Notes: generated by a model not told the origin, from the sequence alone. DNA of 33,116 nt from Candidatus Heimdallarchaeota archaeon (GCA_018238545.1 JABCTC010000037.1:1-33116); one strand, 5' to 3'. Shown: positions 9,680-19,075, counted from the first letter of the stretch. Numbers and translations: made by a program.

Positions 9680-10726
9680 TTACGAAACAAAATATATTGA
9701 TTGTCTTGCATCCCTTAGATGAGCCCTCTGACTTATCACACCTTTCTCTTTTAGGATGTTTAAAGCATTCCTAACAGTTCGATTAGGTAGACCAGTACTC
9801 TCAATCAACTCTTTTTGTGTCATTTCACCTTCTGTTACCAGTAATTTGAAAACATATTTAGCTGCAGGAGGAACTCCTTCCAGATGTCTTAAATCTAATT
9901 CTACTAATCGATTTCTTAACTTGGCAAGAATGTTTTTTCTTGCTTGAAGTCTAATTATTTTCACATCAGCTGTAGTTTGTTTAATACTTATGTTTTCTTC
10001 GAGTCTCACCCTTATTTGCCCATCAATGATAGCTTCAATGGCCGACCGAGATTTTAAGTTAGTTAATTTTACATCGGCATTTAATGGAACAACTACGGGG
10101 ATGTGATCTTTATTCAACGGGTTTACTGGGACTAGCAATAGTATCTCTGGGTCACTAACAGCTATCGGTCCTCCCGAAGAAAGAGCATATCCTGTGCTTC
10201 CTAAAGCAGTTGAAATAATCAAACCATCAGCCCTTCCTCTGTAAAGTACATTATTATCAACAACTAAAGTATAATTCATTAACAGAGCAGAATCTTTTGG
10301 AAAAATAGCAATTTCATTTAAAGCAGGTAAAGGGTTTTTATTTCTGTTATCTTTGATTTCAACTCTATGGTAAGTATCTACTAAGAAATTCTGTGAAAGT
10401 ATCAAAGCTAGACTATCTCTAATGTTTGAAGGAGTAATTTCTGTAAAAAAACTGATTCTTTCAGATGAAGCTGAGACAACAGGGATAGAATCCCGACTAA
10501 GGAAAATAGCTCTAAGAAATGTTCCAGTATCACCAATCGCAATTACCGTATCAATGTCGTTTTGTGGAAAAATTCGTAGTTGTCCTTCCCAATTATCTTC
10601 TTCTAGTTCTTGATCTTCAATTTCCAAAATCTCTGTTTCAGGTTCTAGCTCTAGTATCATCTCCTTGATAGTATTCGTATATTCAGTAGAACTCTTACCT
10701 CTCAACGAATATAAAGCTATTTTCAT
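9680..10726 (-). CDS. NAD kinase-family domain fused to C-terminal winged HTH
   Basis: ALNE and ADGLIISTALGSTGYALSSGGP, IDGQ (NAD kinase); GGDGT motif altered to GDTGT; C-terminal PPAAKYVFKLL..EGEMTQKELIESTGLPNRTVRNALNILKEKG wHTH. Confidence 0.85.
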   Translation of the reverse strand: MKIALYSLRGKSSTEYTNTIKEMILELEPETEILEIEDQELEEDNWEGQLRIFPQNDIDTVIAIGDTGTFLRAIFLSRDSIPVVSASSERISFFTEITPSNIRDSLALILSQNFLVDTYHRVEIKDNRNKNPLPALNEIAIFPKDSALLMNYTLVVDNNVLYRGRADGLIISTALGSTGYALSSGGPIAVSDPEILLLVPVNPLNKDHIPVVVPLNADVKLTNLKSRSAIEAIIDGQIRVRLEENISIKQTTADVKIIRLQARKNILAKLRNRLVELDLRHLEGVPPAAKYVFKLLVTEGEMTQKELIESTGLPNRTVRNALNILKEKGVISQRAHLRDARQSIYFVS

Positions 10727-10818
10727 CTGGACTAACTCTGATATTTATGCATTTCTAATAACTCATAAGATTATTTATATTTATGCACCAAATACGATTA
10801 GTATCAGCTTTTTTTTCA

Positions 10819-10850
10819 CAATACATAATTGTTCTGACATGTATGTATTG
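10819..10850. promoter_or_regulatory. imperfect palindrome in the divergent NADK-wHTH / nadA intergenic region (candidate operator)
   Basis: CAATACATAATTGT-tctg-ACATGTATGTATTG; 14-bp arms with 12/14 complementary, outer 9 bp perfect. Confidence 0.4.
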
Positions 10851-11045
10851 CATCCACATTGACAGTATTACAACCTATATCTAAGTGAATTTTGCATGAA
10901 TTTAGAAAAATTAATAGGTAAATATTGCTTCAATTTTCTTTGTTTATTTTAAAATTATTATTTTAACGTGCCAAAACTCAAGTTTAATAACCACAGATGT
11001 AAGTTTGGCCACTAACAAATGTTCTTTAAATAGCTTCATACAAAA

Positions 11046-12086
11046 TTGTCTTCGATTGTGATGGTTACCGTGGAAGAGGTCATAATTATACCAAGCCAGG
11101 ATCAAGAAAAATTAAAAGAAGAAGTTGATCGTCTTTACGCCAAACTAGCTAAATTAGGATGGACAAAAGAAGCCTGTGAAAGTATTGCACCATTTACACT
11201 TAGAATTAATACAATTAAAAAAGAAAAAGGCATAAAGATTTTTGCTCATTCTTACCAAACAGCTGACATAATTTTTGGTGTAGCTGATATTGTAGGTGAC
11301 TCATTAGGTCTCGCAAAGAAAGCTACTGAGGTTGAAGAAGACACAATTCTGCTCTGTGGAGTAGACTTCATGGCGGAAACCATGAAAATACTTAATCCTG
11401 AGAAAACTGTTTTTGTTCCAGAACCGGGTAGAGATTGTACTTTAGCTGATTCAATCACAGGGGAAGATGTTAAAAGACTTAAAAAAGAACATCCAGGCGT
11501 ACCAGTTATCTGTTATGTTAATACCAATGCAGGTGTAAAGGCTGAATCAGATATCTGTTGTACTTCTGCAAACGCCAGAAGAATTGTTGAGCAACTTGAA
11601 GCTGAAACCATTATCTTTGTTCCAGATGAGAATATGGGAAAGAACCTTGCAGAGCTTACAGGAAAAAATATTATCACTTTTCCTGGATATTGTAGAACTC
11701 ATCATGCACTTTCTGAAAAAAGATTCAACACATTACAGGACGATGCAGCTATCAAAACATTTGCTCACTTAGAATGCAAACCAGAAATCATTCAAAAGGT
11801 GGATTTTGCTGGTGGAACTGGTGACATGCACAGATTCGTTAAAAAGGCTAAACCTGGAGAAAAAGTCCTATTTCTAACCGAACAAGGTTTTGTCGACCGA
11901 ATGAAGATTGAATTCCCAGATATCGAATTCGTAGATAGTAACATGATCTGTATAAGCATGAAAAGAAATGATCTTCCAACCATATTGAAAGCAATAGAAA
12001 ACCCTACATCGGAAAATATCATTGAACTCGATGAAAAGGTTAGGAAGAAGGCATTCAAAGCTGTAAACAATATGCTAAAATACTAA
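11046..12086 (+). CDS. nadA: quinolinate synthase A
   Basis: AHSYQ, GDSLGLA, CGVDFMAET.KILNPEK, C.LADSI, YVNT.A.VKA.SDICCTSANA, C..H, HLEC, C.SMK. True start may be ATG 11061. Confidence 0.93.
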   Translation: MSSIVMVTVEEVIIIPSQDQEKLKEEVDRLYAKLAKLGWTKEACESIAPFTLRINTIKKEKGIKIFAHSYQTADIIFGVADIVGDSLGLAKKATEVEEDTILLCGVDFMAETMKILNPEKTVFVPEPGRDCTLADSITGEDVKRLKKEHPGVPVICYVNTNAGVKAESDICCTSANARRIVEQLEAETIIFVPDENMGKNLAELTGKNIITFPGYCRTHHALSEKRFNTLQDDAAIKTFAHLECKPEIIQKVDFAGGTGDMHRFVKKAKPGEKVLFLTEQGFVDRMKIEFPDIEFVDSNMICISMKRNDLPTILKAIENPTSENIIELDEKVRKKAFKAVNNMLKY

Positions 12087-12105
12087 TTCCTCGAGTTGGT
12101 TTCAA

Positions 12106-12942
12106 ATGATACCTCAAGTTTTAGTTGACGAAGATATCAAGAAATGGTTAGAAATTGATGTACCTTATTGGGACGTAACATCCAACCTCATCCCCAATAG
12201 TAAAGCTAAAGGGAAAATTTATGCAAAGCAAGATGGTATTATAGCCGGATTGCCATTTGTTAAGAGAGTTTTTGAAATTGTTGGAACAGAATTTGAAGCT
12301 CGTGTTGAAGAGGGAGCAAGAGTTTCTAAGAAAACAATTATAGCTTTAGTAAAAGGAGATATTCACAATCTGCTTCAAGCTGAAAGGTTAGTTTTGAATA
12401 TACTTGGTCGAATGTCAGGTATTGCAACTCAAACAGATATTATGAGACAAATAGCACGCAAGAATAATGAAAATATCAGAATTTGTGCAACAAGAAAAAC
12501 TGTTCCTGGATTAAGCAAATATGATAAATATGCAGTTACAATCGGAGGAGGAGATACGCACAGATTCAACCTGTCAGATATGATTCTGCTCAAAGAAAAT
12601 CATTTGAGGATGTTCAATACCATATCTGAAGCAGTAGCCAAAGCTAAAGAAACTATTAGTTTCAGTAAAAAAATAGAGGTTGAAGTTCAGAACGAAGAAC
12701 AAGCAATTGAAGCTACAAAAGCTGGAGCAGATATTGTCATGTTAGATAACTTCTCTCCTCAACAAGCAAAACACGTAATAGCAAAAATAAAAGCAATTAA
12801 CAATTTAATGTTGATAGAGTTAAGCGGAAATATATCGCTGGATAACTTGGAAATTTACTCATTTGAAGGTATAGATCTAATCTCTTCAGGAGCTCTAACC
12901 CATTCAGTTAAGAATTTTGATTTGACCATGCTCATAGAGTAG
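12106..12942 (+). CDS. nadC: nicotinate-nucleotide pyrophosphorylase (quinolinate phosphoribosyltransferase)
   Basis: ER..LN.L.RMSGIAT, TRKTVPG, GGG.THRF.LSD.ILLKENH, IEVEV, MLDNF, ISSGALTHS. Confidence 0.95.
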   Translation: MIPQVLVDEDIKKWLEIDVPYWDVTSNLIPNSKAKGKIYAKQDGIIAGLPFVKRVFEIVGTEFEARVEEGARVSKKTIIALVKGDIHNLLQAERLVLNILGRMSGIATQTDIMRQIARKNNENIRICATRKTVPGLSKYDKYAVTIGGGDTHRFNLSDMILLKENHLRMFNTISEAVAKAKETISFSKKIEVEVQNEEQAIEATKAGADIVMLDNFSPQQAKHVIAKIKAINNLMLIELSGNISLDNLEIYSFEGIDLISSGALTHSVKNFDLTMLIE

Positions 12943-12956
12943 AAAAAAAAAAGAGA
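12943..12956 (-). terminator. oligo-T terminator after the WH2-like/TPR gene
   Basis: A10 run (T10 on the minus strand) between two convergent stop codons. Confidence 0.5.
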
Positions 12957-15737
12957 TTAAGTCTCACTTTTGCTTATCCTTACAGCAATTTTCTTACGTT
13001 CTATCACATTATCATAAAAGTCTTCGTTTTTCTTAATGAAAATCTTAGTTGCTTTGTCATATGAGGATATAGCGTGGTTAATATTTTCTTTTTTATTTTC
13101 CTCAATAGAGAGAACAGTATAGATATCACCTAGGATAGTGGTAGAGATAGCATACTCAAAAGGAAACTGCGCTTGGTTTCTGACAGTTAATGCATCATGT
13201 AAAACTAGAAGTGCTTGTTTACAGTTAAGAGATTTTTCTTGAGTTTCTGCTAAAAGGCGATATGCTACACCAATATTGCTATAGATCATTGCTCTTTCTG
13301 TTGGCATTTTATCTAAAGTGCCTGTTCTAAGTGCTGCATTGTAGGAATCAATAGCAAATGTTGAATAATACTCGTTTGCTTCAATTCCAGAAAGAGTTTG
13401 ATAAGCAGCACCTTGATTAACTAAAGTCACACCATGATCAAACGGAAAGTTTGCTAAATCTCTACCAAGTATTGCTTCTTTGTAAGAAAATATTGCATAT
13501 TTGCTATTAACCTCTTTTTCTTCTAGTTCTGCTAAGGTTTGATAAGCTAATCCAAGATTATGATTAACTTGACTGTACTTATGCACAAATAAATCAACAG
13601 AGAACACTTGTAAAGCCTCCTTGTAGGAACTAATTGCAAAATTATAATTCTCCACCTTATTTTCGATTTCTGCAAGACTAGAATAGAAGTTTCCCAAATC
13701 ATTATGAGTTGTAGCAAAAAGAAGTGGTGAGTTTTTCAAAGTATACTTCTTCAAAGCAGCTAAATACGCCTTTATTGCTAATTTTATGAAGATAATCCTC
13801 CATTTCTTTACTGATAATTCTCCAATGAAATTTTTAATATTCCAAAATTGAGAGGAATACAAACTATCAATATTTGCTATAAAATATGCCGCTTCCCCTA
13901 TTTTTAACATTTCTTCTGGAACGTTTTTGAACAAGCTAATAAGTTTCTTGAAGTTTGAAGGTATATCTGGAGATAGATTTCCACCAAATCCAAGTGCTTC
14001 TCTCATGTATTGCTCTTCTACTGGTAACTCATAATTATCCATCATTAATAGTTTATCATCATTCAGATCCCCTAGCCATTCCTTCCATAAATAACGACCA
14101 CCTAAGAAAGATTCAGTTTTATAAGCTGCTTTTATTGTCCATACTCTGGGAACTTGCTCTTCCTCGCTATCAGATTTTGTGTCTGATATTTCTTTAAGAA
14201 GAGCTTCCTCAGCTGAATAATTATCATAGCTTGTTTCAATTACTGTATCGCCTATCTTCTGAATTAACACTCCTCTTTTCTTCATTGCATGAGCAGCAAC
14301 TAATTGATAATGACCTCCGTAAACGGCAAAATCAAGAATTTGATGAATATGATCATCAGAAGTCTGAAAAACACTTCTAACCTCTCTCACAGAAGTATTT
14401 CTCGCATAAGCTATATCTATAAAAGTTAAATTAATCTCTTCTTTTAGATGCCAAATATACCACTGATTATCCTCGAGTAATAGTGGATAAGGATTTTCTA
14501 TACGCATGTAACCATATCTAAGCAAAAACCTGTAAGCTTGCCCAAACTGAACAAGATCTCCTCCCATAATCAAATTATTGATTGACAAAGGTTCTTTTTC
14601 GTCCAATAATTCTATTTTATTAAATTGTGTTCTTGGATTAATAGTAATTTTTAGCAATGGTTTTCTCTCTTTCTCTTGCCAATAACTAATCTGGTTTTTA
14701 TATTCAGTTTTATCTGCTAGAAATTCTTTTATGTGAGATAAATTCTTTATTTCGAAAAGCTGTACATCACCGGGTATAGGCAATAATTCTCTCTTAATTT
14801 TATCTCCTTCTTCTTTTATAGTTTCACCCAATGTAGCTGTAGCTAGATTACGAGCGCTATCTGGGACTGCTTGTAGAGGTGATTGAGAATCTTTGATAGC
14901 GGTTCTAAGTTGTTTCACAGACATCTGAGGACGCTGTACCTTTCCGAATACTGGTGTTAAATTAGCTCTAGCATCTTTTATTGTGGTTGCAAGATCTTTC
15001 TTAGTTAGCGCATGCCTTCTCTCACTAGCTGACAATTTTTTTAACCCTCCTTTAGCATCACGAATCTCAGATTGTAAATCTTGTTTAGTTAAGACATGCT
15101 TCTTTTCAGAATCTGATACTTTCTTTAAACCTTTTTTAACATCACGAATCTCAGATTGTAAATCTTGTTTAGCTAAAGCATGGTTAATTTTTTCCTCCGC
15201 TACGGGTCTTAAGCTTGAAATAACATCTTTTATAGCTATCTCAAAATCCTGTTTAGAAAGGGCACGTTTCTTATCACTCTTAGAAACGGGTTGTAAACTT
15301 TCTAAAGCGTCTTGAATTGCAGTTTCTAAGTCTTTCTTTAGAACCCTTTTCTTATCTGATGCTTCAGGAAATTTCTTCAGATTAGCTTTTGCGTCTTTAA
15401 TCTCAGTTTGTAAATCTTGCTTAGAAAGAGCATGTTTTATCTCATCATCAGACACAGGAATCAAGCTATCTATCACTTCCCCAATTGCTGTTTCTAGATC
15501 TTCTTTTGACACACGTTTGTTATCATGTACTTGATCTGAGATTGGTTTTAACTTTCCTATAGCATCCTGAATTGCACTTTGCAGATCTCTCTTAGTTACA
15601 CCTTCAGTTTCAGTTTTATCCACCTTTTTTAGTGTTTTCTTTAATTCATCTTTTGAATCTTCCAATAAAGCAGCTGTTGGAGATACTCCTTTCTTCACTT
15701 TTGCTTTTTTTGAACGCTTACCTTTTTTGTTTGACAC
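12957..15737 (-). CDS. 926-aa protein: polybasic N-terminus, tandem WH2-like repeats, unknown central domain, C-terminal TPR array
   Basis: GTG start. Nine 28-29-aa repeats (aa 47-299), e.g. LQSEIRDVKKGLKKV, FEIAIKDVISSLRPV. Five ~47-aa TPR-like units (e.g. THNDLGNFYSSLA...AISSYKEAL). Confidence 0.85.
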   Translation of the reverse strand: MSNKKGKRSKKAKVKKGVSPTAALLEDSKDELKKTLKKVDKTETEGVTKRDLQSAIQDAIGKLKPISDQVHDNKRVSKEDLETAIGEVIDSLIPVSDDEIKHALSKQDLQTEIKDAKANLKKFPEASDKKRVLKKDLETAIQDALESLQPVSKSDKKRALSKQDFEIAIKDVISSLRPVAEEKINHALAKQDLQSEIRDVKKGLKKVSDSEKKHVLTKQDLQSEIRDAKGGLKKLSASERRHALTKKDLATTIKDARANLTPVFGKVQRPQMSVKQLRTAIKDSQSPLQAVPDSARNLATATLGETIKEEGDKIKRELLPIPGDVQLFEIKNLSHIKEFLADKTEYKNQISYWQEKERKPLLKITINPRTQFNKIELLDEKEPLSINNLIMGGDLVQFGQAYRFLLRYGYMRIENPYPLLLEDNQWYIWHLKEEINLTFIDIAYARNTSVREVRSVFQTSDDHIHQILDFAVYGGHYQLVAAHAMKKRGVLIQKIGDTVIETSYDNYSAEEALLKEISDTKSDSEEEQVPRVWTIKAAYKTESFLGGRYLWKEWLGDLNDDKLLMMDNYELPVEEQYMREALGFGGNLSPDIPSNFKKLISLFKNVPEEMLKIGEAAYFIANIDSLYSSQFWNIKNFIGELSVKKWRIIFIKLAIKAYLAALKKYTLKNSPLLFATTHNDLGNFYSSLAEIENKVENYNFAISSYKEALQVFSVDLFVHKYSQVNHNLGLAYQTLAELEEKEVNSKYAIFSYKEAILGRDLANFPFDHGVTLVNQGAAYQTLSGIEANEYYSTFAIDSYNAALRTGTLDKMPTERAMIYSNIGVAYRLLAETQEKSLNCKQALLVLHDALTVRNQAQFPFEYAISTTILGDIYTVLSIEENKKENINHAISSYDKATKIFIKKNEDFYDNVIERKKIAVRISKSET
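14841..15599 (-). repeat. intragenic ~84-nt tandem repeat encoding WH2-like units
   Basis: Identical 33-mer catcacgaatctcagattgtaaatcttgtttag at 15056 and 15140 (84 nt apart); protein periodicity of 28 aa. Confidence 0.9.
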
Positions 15738-15776
15738 TTTACTTCCATCCTTTTAACTCAATTTTCATTCAAATCT

Positions 15777-16748
15777 TCAAAATTTATATTCAGATATTTC
15801 TCTGCAATTTTCTCGTGGAATTTTCAGAGTTGAAGTAATGAATTCAATTAATTCTTCTTTTGTTTCAGCAACTTTTTTCTCAAGGTGATCATAAATTAAT
15901 TCAATAAGTCTTTGCGCATCTACTTGAGAATCATCTGGTTCAGTTATTAGTGATAATACTATTTCTCCCCTTTCTTGAAACACAATTTGACCATAATTTG
16001 AAACGACACTTGCAATCTTCTCTTCACTAAGAGCATGTTCTTCATCTTTTAATACCTCTGAAAGCAAATCCAGAACAGAAATTAGATTTTTGTTTACATC
16101 AGAAAAATCTAAGAACAGTTTAATATTACCAAAAATTGAGGAAATTATCAAACCCTTGGGTGAAACTGTTCGATCGCTGGAAAGGTCCTGTACTTTTCTG
16201 GTAAACCACTCCATAGCGTTATTAATATTCACAGAGGTTTTTACACTTACTTCGAAAATTTGGAAACTGATTTTTGGAAACTTGCTAAGTTCTTGTAGAT
16301 TTAGAGTGTCAATGATTTCATCAAGTCGCATTGATTCTAAATCAGCTTTGTTAGCTAGAAAAGCTAAAGCAATTCTTCTTTCTACCTTTAAATTATTTAT
16401 CAGATACCAAAACCATTCTTTACCCTCTTCAGTTCTCTTCTTGTCAGAAGCGTCAAAAAGAAATAAAACACCATAACTATTTGCGGCGTAATTTATCCAA
16501 AATTGACGTCTTAAGACCTCGTGTCCTCCAACATCAAATATTTTTAGGAGGCTATCTCCAGCTCTATAGGTCTCAAAGTTAACTCCGATTGTTTGAGCAG
16601 TATTGTCTACCCACTCCCCAGTTGCAAGTCTTAACGCTAAACTTGTTTTTCCAGCATTATTTAAACCCAATAAAGTTACAGGGACACCTTTTTTTTCAAA
16701 ATTTAAATTTACCATAATTATCACTTTTCTCCAATTTTTATCATTCAA
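15777..16748 (-). CDS. Arf/Sar-like small GTPase with C-terminal longin/roadblock-like domain
   Basis: GLNNAGKT, QTIG, DVGGH, FW..Y, LANKAD, EVSVK; ~135-aa C-terminal extension. True start may be ATG 16715. Confidence 0.85.
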   Translation of the reverse strand: MNDKNWRKVIIMVNLNFEKKGVPVTLLGLNNAGKTSLALRLATGEWVDNTAQTIGVNFETYRAGDSLLKIFDVGGHEVLRRQFWINYAANSYGVLFLFDASDKKRTEEGKEWFWYLINNLKVERRIALAFLANKADLESMRLDEIIDTLNLQELSKFPKISFQIFEVSVKTSVNINNAMEWFTRKVQDLSSDRTVSPKGLIISSIFGNIKLFLDFSDVNKNLISVLDLLSEVLKDEEHALSEEKIASVVSNYGQIVFQERGEIVLSLITEPDDSQVDAQRLIELIYDHLEKKVAETKEELIEFITSTLKIPRENCREISEYKF

Positions 16749-16754
16749 ATTTCT

Positions 16755-18071
16755 TTACTCGACAAACACAACTTCCCTAAATTGTGAAAGTTCCTCTTTT
16801 GTCATTCTATTCGGATATTCAAACTTGTCTATCAATTCGCAGAATCTTTTTTCTATGCTTATATTTGAAATCAAAAATTCTGTTTTTCTATTTGGTAAAA
16901 TCACAGCAATAAGGTAATATTGTTTTCCTCTCATACGATGATCGAGAGGAATATCATCTTTTCCATGGAAAGCATATATTATTGTTCTATAATTTTCCAA
17001 TTTGGGTGCTGGAATAGGTCCAAAAACCCCAATCGGTTGAGTATTTCCTTGAGCAATACTAGTGTAACACATAGTTGAGAAATATTCAGGAGCTATTGCT
17101 ATACTTCTAAGGTCCTCTTTGACTAGTTCACCTCCAAAAGAAGCGAATCTGAAAAGTGCGACACCTATATTATCTTCGTTTGCCATGGACCTTCTCAGAT
17201 TCTTAATCTCTTCCTCTTGTTTGAGATGATAACTAGCATCATTTAAAGTCAGAATGAGTGTTGTTTCTTCACCTTTTGTAACTTGGGTGAGTTTTACATG
17301 ACTTGGAAACTCAGAACCGTCTTTTCTTCTTATGTTGTAGATCAACCCTTCCACAGTATCCCCTTCTAGGAGTATAAAGGTGAGATCAGGAAAGATATTG
17401 TTAATGAGGGTTGATGAGGTTTTCAGTTCTTCTGACGTGTAACCAGTCATCATTTCGAACATTTGATTAGCAAAAAGAAACATTCCTTTTGAATCGATGG
17501 ATGCAATACCTGAGGAGATACTCTGAATTATTTTTGTTGTCTCAGTTGATTCGTTATCCTTTTGTTTCTGTTTATCCACTTTTTGTAAACCTATATAGAC
17601 AATAGGTAGAATTTCTCTAAGTTCACCAATAATCTTTTGAGTATCAGAAGATAAATCATTTAGTGGTATTTCTAGCAGAAACTCCAAATCTCCGTGAAAA
17701 ATAAAAGGATAATAAATAGTGGGAGTGTTTTTCCTTTTTGAAATTGATCTTTTCCTAAGAACAGGTTTTGTAAGTGATTTTATTCTAGTAATGAGTTTTT
17801 CATCTAGAATTGCAAACCGTTCAAGTTTTTCATCCTTTCTTTTTGAAGCTATTACACTATTGTCACTTTTGTATTGACGATAGAAAATACAATCGTCATT
17901 ATTGTATAATTCATGAAGCAAAATAAGCAATTTATCTAAGATTTCTGAAACTGACGATGCATCTATTAAGGAATGTAAGAACTGAATGAATGAATTATTT
18001 TCTATTATTTGTATTTGAGAATTTTCTCTCTCTCGTTTTGTATCATAGGTTGAAGTGGTCAAATCAATCAC
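16755..18071 (-). CDS. GAF-like + PAS + unknown (possibly longin/uDENN-like) C-terminal domain protein
   Basis: PAS: IIQSISSGIASIDSKG..LFANQMFEMMTGY...RKDGSEFP. N-terminal GAF-like pattern. C-terminus GVALFRF...FGPIP...YAFHGKD...RMRGKQYYLIAVI. Confidence 0.75.
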   Translation of the reverse strand: MIDLTTSTYDTKRERENSQIQIIENNSFIQFLHSLIDASSVSEILDKLLILLHELYNNDDCIFYRQYKSDNSVIASKRKDEKLERFAILDEKLITRIKSLTKPVLRKRSISKRKNTPTIYYPFIFHGDLEFLLEIPLNDLSSDTQKIIGELREILPIVYIGLQKVDKQKQKDNESTETTKIIQSISSGIASIDSKGMFLFANQMFEMMTGYTSEELKTSSTLINNIFPDLTFILLEGDTVEGLIYNIRRKDGSEFPSHVKLTQVTKGEETTLILTLNDASYHLKQEEEIKNLRRSMANEDNIGVALFRFASFGGELVKEDLRSIAIAPEYFSTMCYTSIAQGNTQPIGVFGPIPAPKLENYRTIIYAFHGKDDIPLDHRMRGKQYYLIAVILPNRKTEFLISNISIEKRFCELIDKFEYPNRMTKEELSQFREVVFVE

Positions 18072-18095
18072 TCATCAGCTCATTTGATAATCCAT

Positions 18096-18995
18096 TTAGA
18101 ATTCCCATTTTATTGATTCAGCAAGGTTCTTGATTACTTCCTTATCTATTTTCAATTCTCTTTTAATTCTTGATAATACTTCAAAGAACATAGTTAGACC
18201 TGTTTCTCTTGCAAGGCTCTGTTCATCGTCTTTATCAACATAGAGAATTGCGTAGTAATCACCTTTCTTGAGCATGTGAACAACAAAATTATCAATATTA
18301 ATCGAAGGCAATGAATCAATCATTTTCAACGAGTGAGCACGGAATACTTGTTGAACATCCAGCAGATCGTTTTTTTTCTCATTTTCTATTAGTATTTCTT
18401 CTACTATTGGTTCAAGTCTTTCATCCAACATTTCAAAAGCATAGATGTTTATTGTTGGTTTAGCCTCCATTCTTCTTCTTATCGACTGAGACAACCAAGT
18501 CCAACACTCTTGAATGTTCTCACCTGAAAGACTTGAAGTTTCAAAAACTCTAAAGCTTTTCAATGGTGACTCACTGAATTTTGTTAAATCTAACTGTTTA
18601 ACAATATTCTCTAAACTGAGTATATCTTCTAAATCTGATTTATTGGCAAAGAAAGCAAAATTCGCATCTTTAGGAATCCATTCTTCTACTTTCCATAACC
18701 ATTCCTTTACAAGTTCCATTCTGTTTTTGTCTGATCTATCAAAAACAAAAATGCAACCTTGACAAGAAGAAACAAAGTTTTCCCAGAAGTTGGATCTAAA
18801 TGATTGATGCCCACCAAGGTCTACAACATCAAAGCGGAAATCCTTTTCCTTAATAATTGAAAGATCATATCCTACTGTTGGATGGAAATCTGCTCTAAAC
18901 TCACCTGTTTTTAACCTATGAACAAATGTTGTTTTTCCAGCTTTTTCAAGCCCTGTAATAGCAATTAATGGATGAATTTTCTTTTTAATACTCAT
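18096..18995 (-). CDS. Arf/Sar-like small GTPase with C-terminal longin/roadblock-like domain
   Basis: GLEKAGKT, PTVG, DLGGH, FANKSD, ETSS; ~120-aa C-terminal extension. Confidence 0.87.
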   Translation of the reverse strand: MSIKKKIHPLIAITGLEKAGKTTFVHRLKTGEFRADFHPTVGYDLSIIKEKDFRFDVVDLGGHQSFRSNFWENFVSSCQGCIFVFDRSDKNRMELVKEWLWKVEEWIPKDANFAFFANKSDLEDILSLENIVKQLDLTKFSESPLKSFRVFETSSLSGENIQECWTWLSQSIRRRMEAKPTINIYAFEMLDERLEPIVEEILIENEKKNDLLDVQQVFRAHSLKMIDSLPSINIDNFVVHMLKKGDYYAILYVDKDDEQSLARETGLTMFFEVLSRIKRELKIDKEVIKNLAESIKWEF

Positions 18996-19032
18996 ACTTA
19001 TCCCAATTAATTCTCTGCAAGATATATTAACT

Positions 19033-19075
19033 CTATATCGAAAAGAATGTGAAAAAATAGGGAAAAATAGGGAAA
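19033..19075 (-). promoter_or_regulatory. conserved upstream motif, copy 1 (upstream of the leftward GTPase operon)
   Basis: Minus strand TTTCCCTATTTTTCCCTATTTTTTCACATTCTTTTCGATATAG; 37/43 ungapped identity to copy 3. Confidence 0.7.

Noticed and set aside
10665-10862. 65-aa ORF in the nad intergenic region
   Set aside because: Overlaps the NADK-wHTH start on the opposite strand and its promoter region; composition looks like translated AT-rich intergenic DNA.
14841-15599. 84-nt periodic repeats as a CRISPR array
   Set aside because: In-frame, degenerate and protein-coding, with no unique spacers and no cas genes.
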